Part shown: one piece after another, positions 58,108 to 64,000 of the stretch | How the letters are laid out: each line of letters begins with the position of its first letter | Numbering within the stretch: position 1 is the stretch's first letter | Assembly: GCA_965204815.1 (NCBI GenBank) | Contig: OZ242014.1 | Coordinates: forward strand, 3,213,747-3,277,746 | Origin: Dehalococcoidia bacterium | GTDB lineage: Bacteria; Chloroflexota; Dehalococcoidia; Lucifugimonadales; CATOSD01 | Direction of reading: 5' to 3' | DNA length: 64,000 nt | The notes under the pieces: model-generated | The model's input: the letters and a program-made list of their open reading frames with translations, nothing else | What the model was told of the DNA's origin: nothing | The model's database searches: none | Made by a program: the position numbers and the translations under genes

Positions 58108-59061
58108 TAATAGTTTATAAATTGCAACAGACACCTTATCACCCGAAACCGCAATTGGATCTCCACTAACAACGCTCCTCTTCTGTGCAGAGGTTAGAAC
58201 GCCTTCCTTGTGCAAATAATCTAGAAGAACACCTGCGTTCCTAAAGCTAACATAAACGAGACCAGCTCCGTTATCATAACCAAAAGAGGCGTAAGCATTA
58301 TTAGAACTTGGTTTAATAACAACTTCTTCGCTCACTCGAGTTGGGGCAGCAGCAGGGACAGGAACTTTGGTAGGTGTGGCAATCGCTTCAGCAACAACTG
58401 GCTCTGAATCTTCAGTAAACCCGACCAGGTATTTCACGTCTTCTTTTTCCAGTCCGAAGCGCTCTTTCAAATCGTCATAGCCCTGGCTTTGGACCAACTC
58501 GAACATATTGTTGGCTAGTTCGTCGATGGTTAGCTGCAGAACCTGTTCTTGTTCGTATCTTTCCAGTTCTTTCTGGTCAATCGCTCCTGAGGCAGCCAGA
58601 TATTCTACAAAGCTCTGGGCGTCCGTTAATTCGATCACTTTCCGCCCTTTGTCAGAATCGATGTAGAAGTCGCTTCCCCTGAGAACCACGCTGTTGTCTT
58701 CAACAGCCAAGGGCTGTGAAGTCGGAGCGGGCGGAGGAGCGGTTGCGGTCGGAGAAATGGGGGTTTCTCCAGCAACAGCACCAGGGGGAGAGGCGGTGGG
58801 AGCTTCAACTTGCTGAACAACGGGCGCGGGTGCCGGAGGCGGCTCGGACCTGCCGGTCAAGGCGAACACTGCCAAAGCAGCGACGGCGACTACGGCAATC
58901 GCTCCGGCGATCTTGGTTGATCGGGGAGCTTCTCTGACTCTTTCAACAAGGCCTGACAAGACGAACTCCAAGCCCTCCGCTCATTCCCAACTGCCATACG
59001 GTGTAACCCATGTCCCCGGTCTATACACCCATCGAGGGAGAAGGGATGGTGGTGCTGCCCC

Positions 59062-60003
59062 CTACACCGCCTTCCGCGCCACCGCTCGCCGGGCGGCTTG
59101 GGCTACGTCGGCGGCGGTGAGGTGGTACTTGGCCATGAGGGCGTCGGGGGCGCCGGACTCGGCGTAGCCGTGGAGGGCGACCGTCTCCTGGGGCGTGGGA
59201 GCCTCGCGGGCGAGGGTCTGGGCGACCATGCCGCCCAGCCCGCCGACGACGTAGTGCTCCTCCGCCGTGACGATGGCGCCGGTCTCGCGCGCGGCGGCGA
59301 TGACGGCCGCCTCGTCCAGCGGCTTGATCGTGGCCGTGTTGAGCACGCGGCAGGAAATGCCCTCGGCGGCGAGCGTCTCGGCGGCCTCGAGCGCGACGCT
59401 CACCATGATGCCGCACGCCACTATCGCCACGTCGTCGCCCTCGCGCATCGTCTCGGCCTCGCCGAGGCGGAAGTCGTAGTCCTCGGCGTGCACCACCGGG
59501 GTGGCAGAGCGTGACAGCCGGACGTAGAAGGGGCCCTGGGTGGCGACGGCGCTGCGGACTGCGCGGACGGTCTCGGGGCCGTCCGCAGGGACGACGACGG
59601 TGAACTCGGGCAGCGCGCACATGAGCGCGAGGTCCTCGATGCTGTGGGCGGACACGCCGTCCTCGCCGGTGATGATGCCGCTGTGGGTGGCGATGACCTT
59701 GACGTTGAGGCGCGGCTGGGACACTCCGACGCGGAGCTGGTCGTGGGGCCGGCTGGTGGAGAAGACGGCGAACGTGCTGACGACGGGTATCTTGCCGGAG
59801 GAGGCCATGCCCGCGGCCACGCTGACGATGTTCTGCTCGGCGGGGCCGAAATCGAAGAAGCGGTCGGGATACTTTTCGCCGAACAGGAAGGCGAAGGTGG
59901 AGACGTTGAGGTCGCCGCCGAGTACGACGAGGTCGGGGAACTCGGCTCCCAGCTCTACGAGCGTCTGCCCGGCTACTTCGCGTGTGACGGCGGTCTCGGC
60001 CAT
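59062..60003 (-). CDS. transketolase, C-terminal (pyrimidine-binding) subunit
   Basis: FGPAEQN, TFAVF, GEDGVSAH, TIKPLD, TAEEH. Confidence 0.94.
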   Translation of the reverse strand: MAETAVTREVAGQTLVELGAEFPDLVVLGGDLNVSTFAFLFGEKYPDRFFDFGPAEQNIVSVAAGMASSGKIPVVSTFAVFSTSRPHDQLRVGVSQPRLNVKVIATHSGIITGEDGVSAHSIEDLALMCALPEFTVVVPADGPETVRAVRSAVATQGPFYVRLSRSATPVVHAEDYDFRLGEAETMREGDDVAIVACGIMVSVALEAAETLAAEGISCRVLNTATIKPLDEAAVIAAARETGAIVTAEEHYVVGGLGGMVAQTLAREAPTPQETVALHGYAESGAPDALMAKYHLTAADVAQAARRAVARKAV

Positions 60004-60028
60004 TTGGCGGTCTCCCTCGGTTTGGATG

Positions 60029-60883
60029 CTAACCTATCTCTTCCAGGGCCTGGGCTAGCTGCTCGGGGCTGGGGGCCTTGCCGTGGAAGTTTGCGTTGTT
60101 TTCCATGAAGCTGATGCCCTTGCCCTTGACGGTCTTGGCGATTATGGCGGTGGGCCTGCCGCTAGTGGCGGCAGCCTCGTCGAAGGCACCGACGAGCTGG
60201 GCGACGTCGTGGCCGTCCACCTCGAGGGCGTTCCAGCCGAAGGCGCGCCACTTGTCCGGCAGCGGCTCCAGGTTCATCACCTCGTGCGTCCAGCGGTCGT
60301 TCTGGATGCCGTTGCGGTCCACGATGGCGACCAGGTTGTCGAGCGCGTAGTGGGACGCGGACATGGCGGCCTCCCACACCTGGCCCTCGTCGCACTCGCC
60401 GTCGCCGAGCAGCACGTAGGCGCGGGTGGGCCGGCCGTCCAGCCGGGCGGCGAGCGCGGTGCCCACGCCGAACGATAGGCCCTGGCCGAGCGAGCCGCCG
60501 GACATCTCCACGCCGGGCGTCTTGATGTGGGCGTGGCCCTGCAGACGGCTGTCTATCTTGCGGAAGGTCATCAACTCTTCGGTCTCGAAGTAGCCGGCCT
60601 CTGCGAGCGCCGCGTAGAGCACCGGACAGGCGTGGGCCTTGCTGAGCACGAAGCGGTCGCGTTCCTGCCACTTAGGATCGGAGGGACGGTGGCGCATGGT
60701 GTGGAAGTAGAGCGACGCCAGAATCTCGACGGACGAGAGCGAGCCGCCGGGGTGGCCGCTGTTGGCCTCCGCGATCATGGTGAGGATGTTGCGGCGCATG
60801 GAGCGCGCGGTGGACCGTAGGGAGTCCAGGTCGGGCTCGCTGGCTACCGGGCGTTCGTCGGGGCTGGACACAGGTGTATGCAC
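60029..60883 (-). CDS. transketolase, N-terminal subunit
   Basis: SGHPGGSLS, DRFVLSKAH, GSLGQG, GDGECDEGQVWEA, TVKGKG. Confidence 0.95.
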   Translation of the reverse strand: MHTPVSSPDERPVASEPDLDSLRSTARSMRRNILTMIAEANSGHPGGSLSSVEILASLYFHTMRHRPSDPKWQERDRFVLSKAHACPVLYAALAEAGYFETEELMTFRKIDSRLQGHAHIKTPGVEMSGGSLGQGLSFGVGTALAARLDGRPTRAYVLLGDGECDEGQVWEAAMSASHYALDNLVAIVDRNGIQNDRWTHEVMNLEPLPDKWRAFGWNALEVDGHDVAQLVGAFDEAAATSGRPTAIIAKTVKGKGISFMENNANFHGKAPSPEQLAQALEEIG

Positions 60884-60940
60884 CTCCCTGCTGGCGATGG
60901 GGGGTATTATAGCAATCGGTTGGGGTAGTGGGTAGTGGGG

Positions 60941-62398
60941 CTACCGCGAGGCGGTGAGGGCTTGCCAGGCGGCGGTGAGGGTGTCTTCGTCAGGGGCGAA
61001 GAGAGCGAGGGTGTGCGTGGAACCGGCGGAGAGGCGGACGACGCGGCCAGGCAGGTCGAGCAGTTCGCCGTCGCCATCGTCGGCGGGGCGCCAGTCGGCG
61101 TCGGACTGGGAGAGGAGCGCGGCGCGCGCGGCGGCGTGGAACTCGGTGGCGTCCTCCTCGGTGTCCCAGGCCAACCGCCAGGCGAGCACCAGACCGCCAT
61201 CCGTGTGCTGCCACAGGACGAGGCGGTCGCCGCCCCAGCCGGCTGCGGCGCTGGACGCGGCGGCTATGCCGTCGGCGGTCTCTTCGGCGTGGGTGGCAAG
61301 ATAGGACGCCAGCAGGAACTCGCCTAGCGTGTCCTGTCCGATTTCGGTCCATCCATCGCCCAGCGCGGCGGCCAGGTCGGGGATTTCCACGGGCACGGGC
61401 GTCTCGGAGTCGAGAAACTTGTCGACGTGGAGCACCTGCTCGGTGGAGACGGGCGGGTTGGCAAAGGCGTCGTCGATGAGCGCCCAGCCGCCGGCCTGTT
61501 GGAATAGCTGCACCGTGAACTCGAAGCCGCGCGTGTACGGAAACAGCAGGGAGTCGCGGACCAGGCGAGGGGCGTCGACGAACGGGTCGTCGGACGAGGT
61601 GCTCTCCTGCCGGGCGGCCTGCTGCTGATCTCCGGTGAGCTCGTAGTTGAAGTAGAGCACCTCGACGATGGTGGCGTCGCCCTCCACGAGGCTGCGGTAG
61701 GCCAGCGAGCGGTCGGTGTCGGCATGGTCCAGCTTGTCGAACCCGGCCTTCAGGTCGAAGTTGCGGTGCTGCAGGGCGTGGGCGTACTCGTGCGCATAGG
61801 TGAGGATTTCGCGGGCGGATAGGTCGTCGTCATCATCGACGACGTATATCTTGTCCTCGTCGGTGTCGAAGAAGCCCAGCACGGAGCCGGAGTAGAGGTT
61901 AACCAGGACATCGAAAAGGTCGTCATCGGCGCCCAGAATGCCGAGCGTGGTGTAGATACCTTCGGCCAGCTCTATGTCCTCTCTGTCCTCCTCCAGGTTC
62001 TCGCCCAACCGCTCGCGCAGTTCGGCCTGGTCGATGAACTCGCGGTCGACCTCCAGAAAGGCGAAGAGCTCGCGGATGCCGGAGGCGCGGCGCTCCACGT
62101 CGTCGAGCGTGGCGTCCAGCCGCCCGGACGACACGGGAGTGGGCACGGGTGTGGCGATGGAGGGAACGGTGGTGGGCAGGATGACCGGGCCGGGATCGAA
62201 CTCTGGCGCCGGGGTGGGCGTCGGCGTGGCGGTCGGCGCGGGCATCGGAGTGGGGGCGACGGTGGGCGTGGCGATAGGCGCTGCCGTAGGTGTGGGCGTC
62301 GGCTCAGAGTCGCCGCCGCAGGCCGTGGCGAGGGCGGCGAGCACGACGGCAACGGTGAGGGTCAGGAGCGCGCGCGCGACGGCGCGGTGGATTGACAA
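60941..62398 (-). CDS. putative lipoprotein with HExxH zinc-metallopeptidase motif
   Basis: Lipobox ATAC, PT-rich linker, GFFD, AHEYAHALQ, EGDAT, FPY..G, PPVSTEQVLH, GWGGD; start approximate. Confidence 0.75.
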   Translation of the reverse strand: MSIHRAVARALLTLTVAVVLAALATACGGDSEPTPTPTAAPIATPTVAPTPMPAPTATPTPTPAPEFDPGPVILPTTVPSIATPVPTPVSSGRLDATLDDVERRASGIRELFAFLEVDREFIDQAELRERLGENLEEDREDIELAEGIYTTLGILGADDDLFDVLVNLYSGSVLGFFDTDEDKIYVVDDDDDLSAREILTYAHEYAHALQHRNFDLKAGFDKLDHADTDRSLAYRSLVEGDATIVEVLYFNYELTGDQQQAARQESTSSDDPFVDAPRLVRDSLLFPYTRGFEFTVQLFQQAGGWALIDDAFANPPVSTEQVLHVDKFLDSETPVPVEIPDLAAALGDGWTEIGQDTLGEFLLASYLATHAEETADGIAAASSAAAGWGGDRLVLWQHTDGGLVLAWRLAWDTEEDATEFHAAARAALLSQSDADWRPADDGDGELLDLPGRVVRLSAGSTHTLALFAPDEDTLTAAWQALTASR

Positions 62399-62601
62399 GA
62401 CGGGGCCTCCGTACAGGTCGGGGATTCTGCGTTTCCGGGTACAGCGTAGCACATTGGGAGATTGGACCGTTGGGCGAGGGCGCAGAGGGTCGACTTCTGG
62501 AATTGGACGCAGAACGCTGCTACACTTCCCGCAGTCTGGCGCTAAGCCAATCACACCAACCGACGGCCCGCGAACCGGGCCGCGCCTGGAGAGAATCGCA
62601 C

Positions 62602-64000
62602 ATGCCAACACGACAATACACGGGCAACCCATCACAGATCATGGTCGAGCAGCTCGCCGCATCGGGCATCAAGTACGTGTTCAACAACTCCGGCTCGCGG
62701 GAGGCGCACTTCTTCGACGCGCTGCACTCGCGGGACGACATCCACGGCATACTGGCGCTGCACGAGGGCAGCGTGGCGGCGATGGCGGGCGGCTACACGC
62801 AGGTGGGGCTGGACCCGGCGGCGATGGTGGTGCACCTGGGCGCGGGTCTGGCGCAGTGCATGGGGCAGCTCATCAACGTCTGGGACGGCAGCCTGCCCGT
62901 GGTGGTCATCACCTTCGCGGGGGACACCGGCAGCTTCGCTGACCGCATCATCCTGGACCTGGACCACAGCTTCGGGCCTACGTCCATAGCCGCGCCGTTC
63001 ACCAAGGCCAACTGGACGGTGATCGAGCCTGAGGGACTGCCGCAGGCGATCGACCGCGCCGTCCGCGTCGCCAAGACTCCCCCGGTGGGGCCGGTGCACC
63101 TGGCGGTGTACGACCGGCTGCTGGGAACGCAGCAGGTGGATACGCAGATCATCGACGGCGGCGTGCCGGACGTGCGGGCGGGCTATCCGTCCGACGACGA
63201 CCTGGAGCAGGTGGCGCGTGCGCTCCACGAGGCGGAGCGACCGGTGATCTACGTGGGCGACGGCGTGTGGAAGAGCGGCGCGCAGGAGAAGGTGGCCAAC
63301 CTGGCCGAGCGGTTCGGCGCGGCGGTGGTTTCGTCGTTCGGCGACCTGAGGGCCGTCCCCATAAAGCACCGGCTGCACTGCGGGCGAATTGACGCGGCGA
63401 TGCCGGAGTTGAACCCGGACCTGATCCTGTCCATCGGCTCCCGCCATGGCGGGGCAGGCGCGGCGAGCGACTTCGACGTCTTCGCCTCGGCCAAGAAGGT
63501 CATCGCCATGGGCGTGGACGTGGGTAATCTGCAGAACATGCCGGGGCTGGACCTGGCGATACTCGCGGACGAGCATCGCACGCTGGAGCAGCTCGAGGAG
63601 CTGCTGTTGAGCGAGTCCACGCCGCAGCGGTACGACGACCGGCGCGAGTGGGCGCTGGGGCAGGCGGCAGGTCTGCGCGAGCGGCGCAGGCAGGAGGCAG
63701 CCAGGGTGACCGCCGGGACGTCGCAGGTTCACCCGACCACGGCGCTTAACGCGCTGGACGCGGAACTTGAGCGGCGTGGCGGCGGCGTGGTCACGATAGA
63801 GCAGTTCGCCATGCCGCTGGACACGCTGGGCGGCGAGGAGTCGCCGGGCAACAACGAGTACATCCGCGCGGCGGGCGGCTCCGAGGGCTACGGCGTGGGC
63901 GCCGCGGTGGGCGCGAAGCTGGCGGCGCCGGACCGGCCCGTGGTGGGACTGGTGGGCGACGGCTCGCTGTACTACGCCGACTCGGGCATGTGGACGGCGG
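62602..64000 (+). CDS. thiamine pyrophosphate-binding enzyme (benzoylformate decarboxylase/ALS-like), runs off window end
   Basis: Manual translation: MPTRQYTGNPSQIMVEQL..SGIKYVFNNSGSRE, LALHEG..AAMAGGY, GPVHL, GAKLAAPDRPVVGLVGDGS. Confidence 0.9.
   Translation, partial: MPTRQYTGNPSQIMVEQLAASGIKYVFNNSGSREAHFFDALHSRDDIHGILALHEGSVAAMAGGYTQVGLDPAAMVVHLGAGLAQCMGQLINVWDGSLPVVVITFAGDTGSFADRIILDLDHSFGPTSIAAPFTKANWTVIEPEGLPQAIDRAVRVAKTPPVGPVHLAVYDRLLGTQQVDTQIIDGGVPDVRAGYPSDDDLEQVARALHEAERPVIYVGDGVWKSGAQEKVANLAERFGAAVVSSFGDLRAVPIKHRLHCGRIDAAMPELNPDLILSIGSRHGGAGAASDFDVFASAKKVIAMGVDVGNLQNMPGLDLAILADEHRTLEQLEELLLSESTPQRYDDRREWALGQAAGLRERRRQEAARVTAGTSQVHPTTALNALDAELERRGGGVVTIEQFAMPLDTLGGEESPGNNEYIRAAGGSEGYGVGAAVGAKLAAPDRPVVGLVGDGSLYYADSGMWTA

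Larger units (their letters stand above)
56842..58971 (-). pseudogene. AT-rich membrane-anchored hypothetical protein (about 439 aa) interrupted by IS5
   Basis: Removing the IS and one TA restores the frame (AIYKLL+ESKGENY); N-terminal TM helix, Pro-rich linkers, three related domains. Confidence 0.85.

Noticed and set aside
62130-62310. Low-complexity GGCGTGG/GGTGGGCG repeats (also about 51110-51270)
   Set aside because: They encode Pro/Thr/Ala linkers of lipoproteins; not CRISPR or a DNA-level repeat
1-64000. CRISPR arrays, rRNA genes, integron attC arrays
   Set aside because: No regularly spaced repeats, cas genes, rRNA signatures or integron integrase recognised

Overview
High-GC bacterial chromosome segment. 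Gene content (DUF2298/YYY membrane protein, LLM oxidoreductase, paralogous class III CoA-transferases and CitE-like lyases, Uma2 and PaREP1 genes) suggests Chloroflexota, probably SAR202/Dehalococcoidia; this is inference. Housekeeping genes (fabI, nadE, priA, ffh, hrcA, split transketolase, tRNA-Pro) alternate with catabolic genes and small accessory cassettes: an ATPase/nuclease-like pair, two vapBC loci with broken toxins, hicAB, a Type I RM system with fused M-S, a BsuBI/PstI-type RM system, an ISLre2 element and an IS5 element. The most striking signal is that two accessory regions carry no integrase yet are bracketed by diverged, mostly synonymous copies of the 3' end of the neighbouring core gene (priA: three copies plus a displaced fragment of the downstream aminotransferase gene; transketolase: two copies). 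Also notable are a three-copy non-coding promoter element beside accessory genes, a compact candidate sRNA, three CitE-like paralogs with complementary active-site losses, and an AT-rich triple-repeat protein split by IS5. All calls come from reading the sequence; no database searches were run.
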